64,000 nt of DNA from an uncultured Acidobacteriota bacterium (GTDB taxonomy: Bacteria; Acidobacteriota; Blastocatellia; RBC074): positions 416,001 to 480,000 of the forward strand of contig CAWCKY010000002.1 in assembly GCA_963796275.1 (NCBI GenBank), given 5' to 3'. The notes under the pieces were generated by a model that worked only from the letters and a program-made list of their open reading frames with translations, ran no database searches and was not told where the DNA came from. The position numbers and the translations under genes were made by a program. Within the stretch, counting starts at the first letter, position 1. Every line of letters starts with the position of its first letter. This document shows positions 38,220 through 48,345 of the stretch, one piece after another.

Positions 38220-39937
38220 GGTTGCTCCGGTTCACGGACCTCCAAAAATTGGTCGGCGCGAATCTCTTTCAGCGTCTGGCGCAGCCCGGACGGCCACCAG
38301 ATCTCAACCTTAGCGGTCTCGGCCGCCCCCAGTCCGAAATGAAGGCGTTTGTCACTAGCCGATAGATAACTTCCAGCTGTGGTAGCGTACTTTGTCTGCC
38401 CATTCACTCGCACGCGCGCGCCCAGACCGTCACGGTTGCTGCGCGTGCCACGCAATGAAAGCACGAGGAAGTGTTGGCTCCCCCCACGGTTCATAAACAT
38501 CTGCGGGCGGCCACCGATGACGTTCATCAATACGTCCGCCCAGCCATCGTTATTGAAATCGCCGCTGGCCGCCCCGCGACCCGCAACCGGAGAAGCCGTT
38601 CCCACATCGGCGCGCTCGAACCGCCCCATACGATTCAACGCCGCCAGTGGCGGCTCCAGGTAGCGCAGCGAAGGGTCGATCTGCTCAACATTGTCCATGA
38701 CGTGGCTCTGCGCGACGAAGAGGTCCTTCCAACCGTCGTTGTTATAATCCCTCATCAATATTCCCCATCCCGAACTTCCCGACGACAGCGCCCCGAGGCC
38801 GGTTTCGAGGCTGTTGTAACTGAATGAACCCTGTCCGTCGTTGTGATAGACCGCATAGATCTGCCGGGCGAGATTAGTGATGATAATGTCCGGGCGGCCA
38901 TCGTTGTCGTAATCTTGAAACTCGATGCCCATACCGGCATATGGCTTGCCGTCTTCCGACAATGCAACACCGGCTTCAAGACCGCGTTCCGTGAACGTAC
39001 CGTCCTTGTTGTTATGAAAGAGAAACTGCTCCATTCCGTCATTGGCTACCGCGATATCGATAGCTCCATCATCATCATAGTCGGCGAATGCCACCCCCAG
39101 GGCGGCCCCCTTCTTGGCGGCAATGCCTGAGCGCTGGCTGACATCTTCAAATGTGCCGTCACCCCGGTTTCGGTAGAGAATATTGGTGGTGGCCGGAAAC
39201 TCTCCGGGGGGACAGTAGGTACGATGCTCTCCACCACAGACCTTGCTCCGCTTGGCATCCCATTCCAGGTACCTCGTCACCAACAGGTCCAACCGCCCGC
39301 AGCCGTCATAGTCGAAGAATCCTGCCGAAACCGACCAGCCGCCCGCCCCTACTCCAGCTCTGGCCGTGACATCCGTAAAGGTACTATTGCCGTTGTTATG
39401 GTAGAGAATGTTTCTCCCGTAATTGGTGACATAGAGATCGGCATAGCCGTCATTGTCATAATCGCCCGTCGCCGCTCCCATCCCATAGTTCCCTTCTCCG
39501 GCGTTTGCCAGGCCTGTTGCCACCGTCACGTCGGTAAAGCTTCCATCGCGATTCCGCCGGTAGAGTCGATTCCAATAGCGCCGGTCGCCGCGATTAAAAC
39601 TCTCCGGCACCTTCATCGGGGCTGTCAGGTAACCGCTGTTCACGAGAAAGATATCCAACATACCGTCATTGTCGTAATCGATCAGGGCTACTCCGCCGCC
39701 CATCGTTTCGATCAGGTATTTGTTGGGTGTGGGTGAATTCTGATGTGTGAAATCCAGTCCGCGTGGCAGCTTAACATCGAAGAGAGGCATCGCCAGGGCT
39801 GAAACCGATGATCGCCCCCGCAAGCTATATTGCAATACGAAGCAGGAGAAAATGAAGAAACAAACAAAAGCTGAAGAAAGATTTCCCTTTGTTTCCCCGG
39901 TAATTTTGTGAATTTTGCGGTGAATCCTCCTCATCAT
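38216..39937 (-). CDS. CRTAC1/ASPIC-UnbV family FG-GAP beta-propeller protein
   Basis: 'KYLIETMGGGVALIDYDNDG', multiple 'DYDNDG..D' FG-GAP repeats, C-terminal 'SNRDGLGARV..GSYLSASDKRLHFGLG..WPSG'. Start uncertain. Confidence 0.9.
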   Translation of the reverse strand: MMRRIHRKIHKITGETKGNLSSAFVCFFIFSCFVLQYSLRGRSSVSALAMPLFDVKLPRGLDFTHQNSPTPNKYLIETMGGGVALIDYDNDGMLDIFLVNSGYLTAPMKVPESFNRGDRRYWNRLYRRNRDGSFTDVTVATGLANAGEGNYGMGAATGDYDNDGYADLYVTNYGRNILYHNNGNSTFTDVTARAGVGAGGWSVSAGFFDYDGCGRLDLLVTRYLEWDAKRSKVCGGEHRTYCPPGEFPATTNILYRNRGDGTFEDVSQRSGIAAKKGAALGVAFADYDDDGAIDIAVANDGMEQFLFHNNKDGTFTERGLEAGVALSEDGKPYAGMGIEFQDYDNDGRPDIIITNLARQIYAVYHNDGQGSFSYNSLETGLGALSSGSSGWGILMRDYNNDGWKDLFVAQSHVMDNVEQIDPSLRYLEPPLAALNRMGRFERADVGTASPVAGRGAASGDFNNDGWADVLMNVIGGRPQMFMNRGGSQHFLVLSLRGTRSNRDGLGARVRVNGQTKYATTAGSYLSASDKRLHFGLGAAETAKVEIWWPSGLRQTLKEIRADQFLEVREPEQP

Positions 39938-40000
39938 AACCGGCCTTGTAAAATTACTATCACGGGCATAAACTTCGTTTGGCAAGAACCTCCAGTATAG

Positions 40001-40037
40001 TTCCCAAACAGATTTCCCCAACAGATTTCCCCAACAG
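40001..40037. repeat. 13-bp tandem repeat (~x3) TTTCCCCAACAGA
   Basis: ttcccaaacaga-tttccccaacaga-tttccccaacag in the divergent promoter region. Confidence 0.75.
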
Positions 40038-40095
40038 CAGAACCTTCACATTTAGAACCCATCACTAGCTATAAGATAGGAGGAGGTATAGACCA

Positions 40096-43000
40096 ATGTG
40101 TTCGCACAGGTTTTCAAAGATAATATTCTCATTGGCTCTCGTGTGTTTATCGTATCATGTGGCAGGCGCACAATCTACATATGGTTCGATCGCGGGATCC
40201 GTCACCGATTCGACAGGGGCGATGATAAGCGATGCCCAGGTAACATTGACGAGCCTCGGCACATCGCAAAAACGAACTCAGATCACGGGCAGTGACGGGC
40301 TCTACTCATTCGTCAACTTGATTCCGGGCCGATATCGCCTGGAAGTTGATAAGCAAAGCTTCAGACACTTCGTCCGCGAGCCGATCATAGTTGAGGTACA
40401 GCAGAGTCTCCGTATCGATGCGGAGATGCAGGTCGGCGACTACAGTCAAACAGTAATAATCAGCTCGGAGACGCCTTTTCTGCAGCCCAACACCTCGTCG
40501 TTAGGCCAGGTTGTGGAGCAGCGAAAGGCCAACGAGCTGCCATTGAACGGGCGCAACGTATTCAATCTCGTGGGGCTGTCTCCGGCGGTGGTGCCGCAGG
40601 GACAGTCGAGCGGCACGCCTGTTGGCACCAATCCATTCGGCTGGGGCAACTATCAGATCGGCGGCTCTTTCGGCAATCAGAGCGCGGAATACCTGGACGG
40701 CCAGCCGCTCAACATCGGGTACGTCAACCTGCCGGTTCTGATTCCGACCCAGGACTCGGTACAGGAATTTAAGGTCCAGACCAATAGCCTGGGGCCGGAA
40801 TGGGGCAAATTCTCCGGCGGGGTGATTAATATCAGCACCAAATCCGGGACCAATCAGATCCATGGCCAGGCCTACGAGTATCTTCGTAACAGGGTCTTCA
40901 ACGCCAACAACTTCTTCAACAACCAGAACGCGGTCGAGAGGGCTCCCTTCACTCAGAATCAATTCGGCGCGAATGCCGGCGGGCCCGTCTACATTCCGAA
41001 ACTTTATGATGGCCGCAACAAGACCTTCTGGTTTTTCAATTGGGAAGGTTTTCGGCTGCGGCAGGGACAGACCTTCACCACTACCGTCCCGACCGATCTG
41101 ATGAAACAAGGCAACTTCTCTGAACTCCTCACGGGTCCCAATCCCCTAACGATCTTTGATCCGCGTCCGAACGGCGTGCGTGTCCCTTTCGCGGGCAATA
41201 CAATTCCGGCCGGCCAGATCGACCCGACGTCCAGGGCTCTTTTGAATCTCTGGCCAGCGCCCACTGGTCCTGGTATCGTCAACAACTATACGGTTGCTTC
41301 TAGCGTGGGTGGAAACCAGAACCAGGTCGTAACCCGCATCGACCATAATATCGGCCAAAAGCAGCGTATCTACGGCCGGTTCAGCTACTGGGATGTCCTC
41401 AACCTGCCGGTAGATCCGCTCGGAACGGGCATGTGTGTGGATCGCTGCACCGAGGTCTACTCCACCTATGCGGCGGTCATCGGTTACAACTATACTTTCA
41501 GTCCCTCCACCATCGCCGACATCAACGTTAGCGCCAGCCGGTTCAAATACAACCGGAATCCGATAAATGCGGGATTTGACCTGACGCAGATCGGCTGGCC
41601 GGCTGCTTTTAACAGCCAGGTGCCCGATGTCATGCGGACGCCACCGACACCCTGCGTACTCGGTATGACCGACAATATCATGTGCACGCAGGGCCAGAGC
41701 TTCATTCAGGATCGCAACACGCAGTTCAACCTCTCCCCCACGATGACGATGATTCGAGGTCGTCATACCTTCCAGTTCGGTGGGCAGCTCCAGATCGGCC
41801 GTGACAATTATACCCAGACCAACATCGCCAGCGGCGCTTTCGCTTTCGACAATAATTTCACGGCCAGCGCGGTCGAAAACGGCACGGGCGGATTTGGATT
41901 CGCCACCTACCTGCTCGGATTCGCCAACCGGCAGGGGAATGTCGTGAATCATTTCTTCGGCGCGGCTCAGGTTCCGGCATTTACCGCAGGTCAGCAGATA
42001 TATCGCGCCCTATTTTTCGGCGACACCTGGAAGGCGACAAGCAAGCTGACCCTCAACCTGGGTCTCCGTTATGAGCAGCAGGGACCGTGGTCGGAGCGAT
42101 TCAACAATATGTCCTACTTCAATCAGCCTTCCATCAGTGCCCTGGCCGGACCGAGTGGCATTCCTGATTTGAGGGGAGAGGTCTTTCTGGTCGAGACGGG
42201 TCCGTTCGACTCCCGGAACAACTTCAGGCTCGACAAAAAGAATTTCGCGCCGCGTATCGGGCTCGCTTACAGCATTACGCCGAAGACAGTCATCAGATCT
42301 GGATATGGAATATTCTGGATTCCGAACTATGTCTCGTTCGGCGTCAACCCGCTAAATGATTCGGTAAGCCTCGCCACCACGGTCTACGTCGGGTCGACCG
42401 ACGGAGGGAGGAACTTCGTTAACCCGATCAGCAATGCATTTCCGGATGGCATTGCTCCGCCTCCCGGGCGGAACGTCGACCTCACACAGTTTCTCTCGGG
42501 TAAGGCGCTGCAGGTGGTCGATTACGATGACCATCCCTATGGTTACGTGCAGCAGTGGAATCTGAATATCCAGCGCGAACTGCCGGCGGGATTCTTTGTC
42601 GATGCTGCTTATGCGGGATCGAAGGGAACCCATCTGCCTGCTTACAGCACGCAGATCGATCAGTTGCCGAACGAGTTCCTTTCACTGGGCCCGGGGTTGC
42701 TTGCGAACGTGCCGAATCCATTCTTCGGCGCTCTTGGTGGTAACGGCACAATCCTCGGTGGTCCGACGATCACACTGGGCCAGCGCCTACGGCCCTATCC
42801 TCAGTTTGACGGGGTGCAACTGGGCGGCCAGGGGGTCTACGACAGCAGCTACAACTCGTTCCAGCTGTCGGTGCAAAGAAGGTTCTCGGATGCGGGAAGC
42901 CTGCTCGTTGCTTACACGGTTGCGAAGCTGATCAGCAATACCGACACCATCACGACATGGCTGGAGGGCGACTCCGGTGGCGCGGGAGGAATCCAGGATA

Positions 43001-43605
43001 ACTACAACTTGCGCGGAGAACGTTCGCTCTCGTCACAAGATGTGCCTCAACGACTGATCATCAGCTACGTGCTCGATCTTCCGTTCGGAAACGGCAAGAA
43101 ATACTTATCCGGTTTGAGCGGCGTGACAGATAAGCTGGTGTCGGGGTGGGGCGTTCAGGGCGTAACATCGTTTCAGAGCGGGTTTCCATTGAAGTTCAGC
43201 GATACCAACCTGACGCAGACGTTCGGCGCGGGCGCACGGCCCAACCGCATCGCCGGTTGCGATGCGAAGCTCTCCGGCAGCTCTTCATCGAGGCTCGGTC
43301 AATGGTTCGATACCTCGTGTTTCCAGCAGGCGCCTGATTGGACTTTTGGAAGCGAATCGCGTGTAGATCCACAACTGCGTCAGCAGGGGATCAACAACTG
43401 GGACTTCGCAATCTTCAAAACGACGTCATTCGGCCCCGACGGTAGGCTTGGTGTTCAGTTCCGGACTGAATTCTTCAATATCTTCAACCGCGTTACGTTC
43501 GGTCCGCCAACCACGAATATCTCGGACCTAACGAACTTTGGAATCGTGAACAGTCAAATAAACAATCCGCGACTCGTCCAGTTCGGATTGAAGTTCATAT
43601 TCTGA
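40096..43605 (+). CDS. Oar-type TonB-dependent receptor with N-terminal carboxypeptidase-regulatory-like domain
   Basis: 'GSIAGSVTDSTGA', 'LPLNGRN', 'DSVQEFKVQTN', 'KSGTNQIHG', 'LTLNLGLRYE', 'NFAPRIGLAY', 'QQWNL', C-terminal 'PRLVQFGLKFIF'; AGGAGG RBS. Confidence 0.95.
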   Translation: MCSHRFSKIIFSLALVCLSYHVAGAQSTYGSIAGSVTDSTGAMISDAQVTLTSLGTSQKRTQITGSDGLYSFVNLIPGRYRLEVDKQSFRHFVREPIIVEVQQSLRIDAEMQVGDYSQTVIISSETPFLQPNTSSLGQVVEQRKANELPLNGRNVFNLVGLSPAVVPQGQSSGTPVGTNPFGWGNYQIGGSFGNQSAEYLDGQPLNIGYVNLPVLIPTQDSVQEFKVQTNSLGPEWGKFSGGVINISTKSGTNQIHGQAYEYLRNRVFNANNFFNNQNAVERAPFTQNQFGANAGGPVYIPKLYDGRNKTFWFFNWEGFRLRQGQTFTTTVPTDLMKQGNFSELLTGPNPLTIFDPRPNGVRVPFAGNTIPAGQIDPTSRALLNLWPAPTGPGIVNNYTVASSVGGNQNQVVTRIDHNIGQKQRIYGRFSYWDVLNLPVDPLGTGMCVDRCTEVYSTYAAVIGYNYTFSPSTIADINVSASRFKYNRNPINAGFDLTQIGWPAAFNSQVPDVMRTPPTPCVLGMTDNIMCTQGQSFIQDRNTQFNLSPTMTMIRGRHTFQFGGQLQIGRDNYTQTNIASGAFAFDNNFTASAVENGTGGFGFATYLLGFANRQGNVVNHFFGAAQVPAFTAGQQIYRALFFGDTWKATSKLTLNLGLRYEQQGPWSERFNNMSYFNQPSISALAGPSGIPDLRGEVFLVETGPFDSRNNFRLDKKNFAPRIGLAYSITPKTVIRSGYGIFWIPNYVSFGVNPLNDSVSLATTVYVGSTDGGRNFVNPISNAFPDGIAPPPGRNVDLTQFLSGKALQVVDYDDHPYGYVQQWNLNIQRELPAGFFVDAAYAGSKGTHLPAYSTQIDQLPNEFLSLGPGLLANVPNPFFGALGGNGTILGGPTITLGQRLRPYPQFDGVQLGGQGVYDSSYNSFQLSVQRRFSDAGSLLVAYTVAKLISNTDTITTWLEGDSGGAGGIQDNYNLRGERSLSSQDVPQRLIISYVLDLPFGNGKKYLSGLSGVTDKLVSGWGVQGVTSFQSGFPLKFSDTNLTQTFGAGARPNRIAGCDAKLSGSSSSRLGQWFDTSCFQQAPDWTFGSESRVDPQLRQQGINNWDFAIFKTTSFGPDGRLGVQFRTEFFNIFNRVTFGPPTTNISDLTNFGIVNSQINNPRLVQFGLKFIF

Positions 43606-43639
43606 TCGCCGTTGTGTTTTACGCATCGGCCTGCCAATT

Positions 43640-43690
43640 AACCACGGTAACACGGTGAAACTGAATCCCCGCGTTACCGTGGTTTTCTCT
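43640..43690 (+). terminator. Rho-independent terminator-like hairpin after the TonB receptor
   Basis: AACCACGGTAACACGG...CCGCGTTACCGTGGTT followed by TTCTCT. Confidence 0.65.
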
Positions 43691-43839
43691 ATCACCAATT
43701 AGATCGTCCCTCCGAGCCGAGGCGAGTGGGGTGTCTGAAACGCTCGCCAATCATCTCTTACGATCTCCCTGCCCCCCGTGAGTCCCAGATCGTCAGTCCT
43801 GAAACGACATCCAACCAAGTTGAATGACTCGTCGCCATC

Positions 43840-44064
43840 CTAGCTTTCCCTCGCGATTTCGCAGCGTTCCCTCCGGGATGAGTAGATCGCTAACACGGCG
43901 ACTACCGAATTAGCAGCGACTACCGGCGCGGCCTCGATGATCAGGCCATACCCGATCCACATCAGCGCGGCCAGCGCCTGCAGGCGACGCAATGTTGCCG
44001 GTTGCTTACAAAAGTATGAGCTCGCAAAAACAACAGTGGCAACCCATCCTATCATCTCAAACAT
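43840..44064 (-). CDS. Small 3-TM membrane protein (YgjV / PQ-loop-like)
   Basis: 'IGWVATVVFASSYF..LRRLQALAALMWIGYGLII.A.PVVAAN'; GGGAGG RBS. Confidence 0.7.
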   Translation of the reverse strand: MFEMIGWVATVVFASSYFCKQPATLRRLQALAALMWIGYGLIIEAAPVVAANSVVAVLAIYSSRRERCEIARES

Positions 44065-44273
44065 CGGCTGCCTCCCTGGACGGTAAACTCATCTTTCGAA
44101 GACACAATAATTTCTTCTTCATCTTCACTCTCCCTCTCCGTGAGCCCGTTCTTATCGACAGACTACTAGTAGACAATTCGCATATGCTATGCAACATACG
44201 ATCGAATGCGAGCATATCAAGACATATATCAGATTGCAAAGCTGACATGAAGTTGATATAACAGGTTTTATCT

Positions 44274-45395
44274 ATGGCCGGCGTAGACTCGAACAAACCA
44301 CTATATCTGACTATCTTCGAGCGATTGTGTCATGACATCGCGGCCGGCCGTTACAAACCAGGTCAGAGATTCCCGAGCGAAGCAGCGCTGGTGAAGCGAT
44401 TTAACGTGTCACGCATCACGGTCACGCGGGCGGTACGCGAGCTTCAGCAGCGCGGGCTGGTAGATCGAATCGCGGGATCAGGCACATATGTCCGCGATCC
44501 CGTACGGCGCCCACGCGAGAACCTGCTCTTCGGTCTAATCATCCCGAACCTCGGCGATGCCGAGATATTCGGGCCGATCTGCCAGGGGATCGCCGCTTCG
44601 CCGGATGCAAGCGGACATGGACTTCTATGGGGCCATGCGGACTCAAGATCGTTGAGCAAGGAAGAGCAAGCGCTACAGCTTTGCCATCAGTGCATCGCGC
44701 GAGCCGTCTCCGGCGTTTTCTTTGCGCCTCTGGAACTGAGCGCGCTGAGCGATGAAGTAAATCGACGAGTGATGAAATTGCTCAAAAAGGCCGGAATTCC
44801 GGTTGTTTTCCTCGATCGTCGCCCGGAAGAGGAATCATCCGGTCGCGCGCGCTGCGATCTGGTCGGCATCGATAACCACCGCGCGGGATACCTCGCGGCT
44901 GAGCATCTTTTGCGGCTAGGCGCGCGCCGCATCGGTTTCATCGCGTATGAGCGACAGGCTTCGACGGTGAAAGCGCGCATCAGAGGATACCAGGACGCGC
45001 TATCAGCTAATACCAGAGGCGCGACCGGGAAACGCGTCTTTATCGTGCGACCGGGCGATCGTCTCGAATTGACCTCGACATCGCGTGAATGCGATGCGTT
45101 CGTTTGTGCCAACGATCGGGTCGCCGGAAAACTGATGCATGCTCTTCTCGGTCAGGGTATCCGTATCCCTCAGGATGTGCGGTTGGTAGGGATTGACGAT
45201 GCCGGCTATGCGGATCTGCTTCCGGTGCCGCTCACAACAGTCCATCAGCCCTGCCGCGATATCGGTGAGACTGCTCTTCGTATAATGCTTGAACGACTGG
45301 ATCGGCCGCAGATGGCAGCCCGCGACATCCTGCTAAGCTGCGAGTTGGTCGTACGGGAATCTTGCGGAACCAAAAAACGTCTTCCATCTGCTTGA
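44274..45395 (+). CDS. GntR-HTH / LacI-type ligand-binding regulator (AraR-like)
   Basis: 'FPSEAALVKRFNVSRITVTRAV..GSGTYV'; 'VGIDNHRAGYLAAEHL', 'AFVCAND', 'IPQDVRLVGIDD', 'PLTTVHQP'. Confidence 0.92.
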   Translation: MAGVDSNKPLYLTIFERLCHDIAAGRYKPGQRFPSEAALVKRFNVSRITVTRAVRELQQRGLVDRIAGSGTYVRDPVRRPRENLLFGLIIPNLGDAEIFGPICQGIAASPDASGHGLLWGHADSRSLSKEEQALQLCHQCIARAVSGVFFAPLELSALSDEVNRRVMKLLKKAGIPVVFLDRRPEEESSGRARCDLVGIDNHRAGYLAAEHLLRLGARRIGFIAYERQASTVKARIRGYQDALSANTRGATGKRVFIVRPGDRLELTSTSRECDAFVCANDRVAGKLMHALLGQGIRIPQDVRLVGIDDAGYADLLPVPLTTVHQPCRDIGETALRIMLERLDRPQMAARDILLSCELVVRESCGTKKRLPSA

Positions 45396-45465
45396 TATTT
45401 GTCATTCGACAATTCTCATTGGAAAGATATTCGATCGAGCGGTATAGTTTCCCTGGAGGTGAGCG

Positions 45466-45864
45466 ATGTCGATTCGCTTAGATCACACTATCGTACCGGC
45501 GAAAGACAAGGTGGCTTCAGCCAGGTTCTTCGCCGAAATCTTCGGCCTGTCGGTAAAACTCGGATACTTCGCGCAAGTGCAAATCAACGAGAGCCTGACT
45601 TTTGACTTCGCCGACGAGTCGGAAACATCGGGTGAATCTGCCGTAGTGCAGATACCTAGCCATCATTACGCCTTCCATGTCAGCGACGCAGAGTTCGATG
45701 CCATCTTTGACCGGGTGAAGACCAAGGGTCTCTCTTACGGGAGCGGCCCGTTCAACAGCACTGACGGCCAGATATACAGCCGCCGCGGCGGGCGTGGCTT
45801 CTACTTCGAGGATCCTAACGGCCACTTGCTGGAAGTAATGACAGTACCGGAGACGGGGAGCTAG
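45466..45864 (+). CDS. VOC / glyoxalase family protein
   Basis: 'LDHTIVPAKDK..SARFFAEIFG', 'HYAFHVSDAEFD', 'GGRGFYFEDPNGHLLE'; GGAGG RBS. Confidence 0.9.
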   Translation: MSIRLDHTIVPAKDKVASARFFAEIFGLSVKLGYFAQVQINESLTFDFADESETSGESAVVQIPSHHYAFHVSDAEFDAIFDRVKTKGLSYGSGPFNSTDGQIYSRRGGRGFYFEDPNGHLLEVMTVPETGS

Positions 45865-46053
45865 ATGCGTTTTACAGAACGGTCGGTAGAGCGGGGGCGA
45901 ATATCGCATTTACCCGCGAGGATATGCTGGTCAGGAGCCAGCCATCGTTCTGATGCATGCTGAGGGCTGACTAAACTACCGTCTGAGGCTCTGCCGCCCG
46001 ATGTGCGGAAGACCAGATGTAACCGCTTCATCAGGCGGCGAATACCAGATTCC

Positions 46054-46887
46054 CTACCCCTTAATGAAAGCAAGCAAATCCGCGTTGATCCGATCCTTTT
46101 CAGTGGCGGTTATTCCATGCGCACCGCCGGGATAGATTTTGAACACGGAGTTCTTTACGATCTTGGAAGAGAGCATTCCAGCGGCGCCGATCGGCACAAT
46201 CTGGTCGTCATCCCCGTGAATGATGAGTGTGGGCACATCGAATTTCTTCAGGTCTTCGGTTTGGTCCGTCTCGGAAAACGCTTTGATGCACTCGTAGACG
46301 TTTTTGAAGCCGGCCATCATACTCTGGAGCCAGAACGAGTCTCGCAGACCCTGCGATACCTTGGCGCCCGGCCGGTTGGCACCATAAAACGGCGCACTAA
46401 AATCTCTGAAGTATTGCGATCGGTCGGCTTGCATGCCTGCCCGTATATCGTCAAAAACCTCTATCGGCAGGCCTCCCGGGTTGGCGGGCGTTTTCAGCAT
46501 CAACGGCGGAATCGCACCGATCAACACGGCCTTGGCTACCCGTTTTGTGCCGTTGCGGCCAATATAGCGGGCGACTTCTCCCCCACCCGTGGAATGTCCG
46601 ATGTGAACCGCTCCCTTCAAATCGAGCGCTTCGACTAGTTTGGCCAGGTCAGCGGCGTAAGTGTCCATGTCATTGCCGCCCGAGGGCTGGGTCGAACGGC
46701 CGTGTCCGCGACGGTCGTGGGCGATGCAGCGATAGCCTTGGGACGCCAAATAGATCATCTGGTCATCCCATGCATCTGCGCTGAGCGGCCAGCCGTGGCT
46801 GAAGACCACGGGCTGTCCGTTGCCCCAGTCCTTGTAGTAAATATTGATATCATCCGAATTTTCTTTACCGACACTGATATATGGCAT
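46054..46887 (-). CDS. cpo: Non-heme (cofactor-free) chloroperoxidase / perhydrolase, alpha/beta hydrolase
   Basis: '[24 protein letters not shown]', 'HDRRGHGRS', 'GHSTGGGEV', 'HGDDDQIVP', 'YPGGAHG'. Confidence 0.9.
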   Translation of the reverse strand: MPYISVGKENSDDINIYYKDWGNGQPVVFSHGWPLSADAWDDQMIYLASQGYRCIAHDRRGHGRSTQPSGGNDMDTYAADLAKLVEALDLKGAVHIGHSTGGGEVARYIGRNGTKRVAKAVLIGAIPPLMLKTPANPGGLPIEVFDDIRAGMQADRSQYFRDFSAPFYGANRPGAKVSQGLRDSFWLQSMMAGFKNVYECIKAFSETDQTEDLKKFDVPTLIIHGDDDQIVPIGAAGMLSSKIVKNSVFKIYPGGAHGITATEKDRINADLLAFIKG

Positions 46888-46966
46888 TTGAGATACTCCT
46901 TTCAAATTCCACTGGAATTATTTGGTTTCAATCACCCGTACGCAGATTATTGGATGGTATGCCGGC

Positions 46967-47431
46967 TCATCGAAGCGCGATTCCGATCCACAATGCTGCG
47001 CCAATAGCTATCGCGTCCTCTATCAAAGCGGCGGGGCGATCGGATCCGAATACTCTCGCGAGCCGTGAGCGGAAAGCGCGTCCTCCGAGAGTCCCGATGA
47101 TCGCGCCGATTATTCCCGCCAGCAGTCCGGGAATCATCAACCCTTGATCAGTTCCAACCGCGGCTCCGGAAAGCGCACCCGTAACGATGCGAGTACCGAA
47201 CTGAACCGGCACCGTGCGACTGGGAGTGGACGGGAGTTGATCCGTGACCAGCTCAAGGAGCGCAAGCAAAGTCAGTATCCACCGAGCCCATGCATTGCCT
47301 AGAAAAGAGAGGAATGTCTCGCTCAGATCGAGCCATCCGAGATACGCTGCCCAGCTAACCATCGCCGGTGCTGTAATCGCTCGCAATCCAGCGACAAAAC
47401 CGACCAGTAGCGCGAGTAGATAGATAGTCAT
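46967..47431 (-). CDS. DUF4126-like membrane protein
   Basis: 'GFVAGLRAITAPA', 'ELVTDQLPSTPSRTVP.QFG.RI', 'PAALIEDAIAI'. Confidence 0.75.
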   Translation of the reverse strand: MTIYLLALLVGFVAGLRAITAPAMVSWAAYLGWLDLSETFLSFLGNAWARWILTLLALLELVTDQLPSTPSRTVPVQFGTRIVTGALSGAAVGTDQGLMIPGLLAGIIGAIIGTLGGRAFRSRLARVFGSDRPAALIEDAIAIGAALWIGIALR

Positions 47432-47923
47432 GCTTCGATACTCCCTCCTATTCCTTCCCCCTAACGTACACCAATAAAGCCGGTATCTTATGACGCGTCC
47501 GACAACGAGATTGATTCGTTCCGCCCGAATCGGAACCTTGCTGAATTCGATGGAGGTGACTGTTCTTATGCGGGAGCCAAAATACAGAGCAGAATACAGA
47601 AGGCTTGAGGAAAGTAACCCGGATATGGGCGAATCCCAGCAACTATATCACGAGCGAATTATCATCCTCACCGCTCGATCAATTCCGATCACATCCGGCC
47701 TCGGCCATCACGATTAGTATAGACTTAATCCCAAGCAAGCATCTAGTGGGAATGAGGTGAATTGCGCAGATACAAATAAAACGATGCTGTGGTATCTTGT
47801 GCACCTCTATTTCTGAGGGGCCCCTGAAACAATAATGTGTCTTGGAGCGCATCGCGCGCCGGATTCCGATCTTGGCGCAGGCGAGCAGGCGGGAGCGTTC
47901 CCAAGATACACAGAGGAACGATA

Positions 47924-48310
47924 ATGAAGAGATACATATTGGTAGCTATTTTTTGCGCGGGAATAGTGGTTGGAATTACGGGTGGAGTGGGAGCGACGCT
48001 ATATTTCGGCAAAATAACCTCTGCCGCAGAAAAGAACAGCAGCAAGATCATCCTTGAAAATGACAAGGTCCGAGTCAAAGAAGCGATCTTCGTGCCCGGC
48101 GATAATAAACCGGGGATGCACACGCACGAATATCCGCACGTGGGCGTATCGATTGATGGGGGAAAGTTAAAGTTTAACTATCCGGACGGGAAGACCGAAA
48201 CTTTAGATTTAAAACCCGGCGGCGCGGGATACCGTGAAGCGAATGTCACGCATGAAGCGGTTAACATCGGGAATAAACCGGTTCGGGTGATCGAGGTTGA
48301 GATCAAATAA
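47924..48310 (+). CDS. Exported cupin-domain protein
   Basis: Signal/TM; '[37 protein letters not shown]'; GAGG RBS. Confidence 0.8.
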   Translation: MKRYILVAIFCAGIVVGITGGVGATLYFGKITSAAEKNSSKIILENDKVRVKEAIFVPGDNKPGMHTHEYPHVGVSIDGGKLKFNYPDGKTETLDLKPGGAGYREANVTHEAVNIGNKPVRVIEVEIK

Positions 48311-48345
48311 TCATCGCGGATGCCGTTATCCCGATATGATACTAC

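Noticed and set aside
47490-47717. 75-aa ORF between DUF4126 and cupin genes
   Set aside because: No recognisable family or RBS; it could be a gene fragment but I cannot support that.
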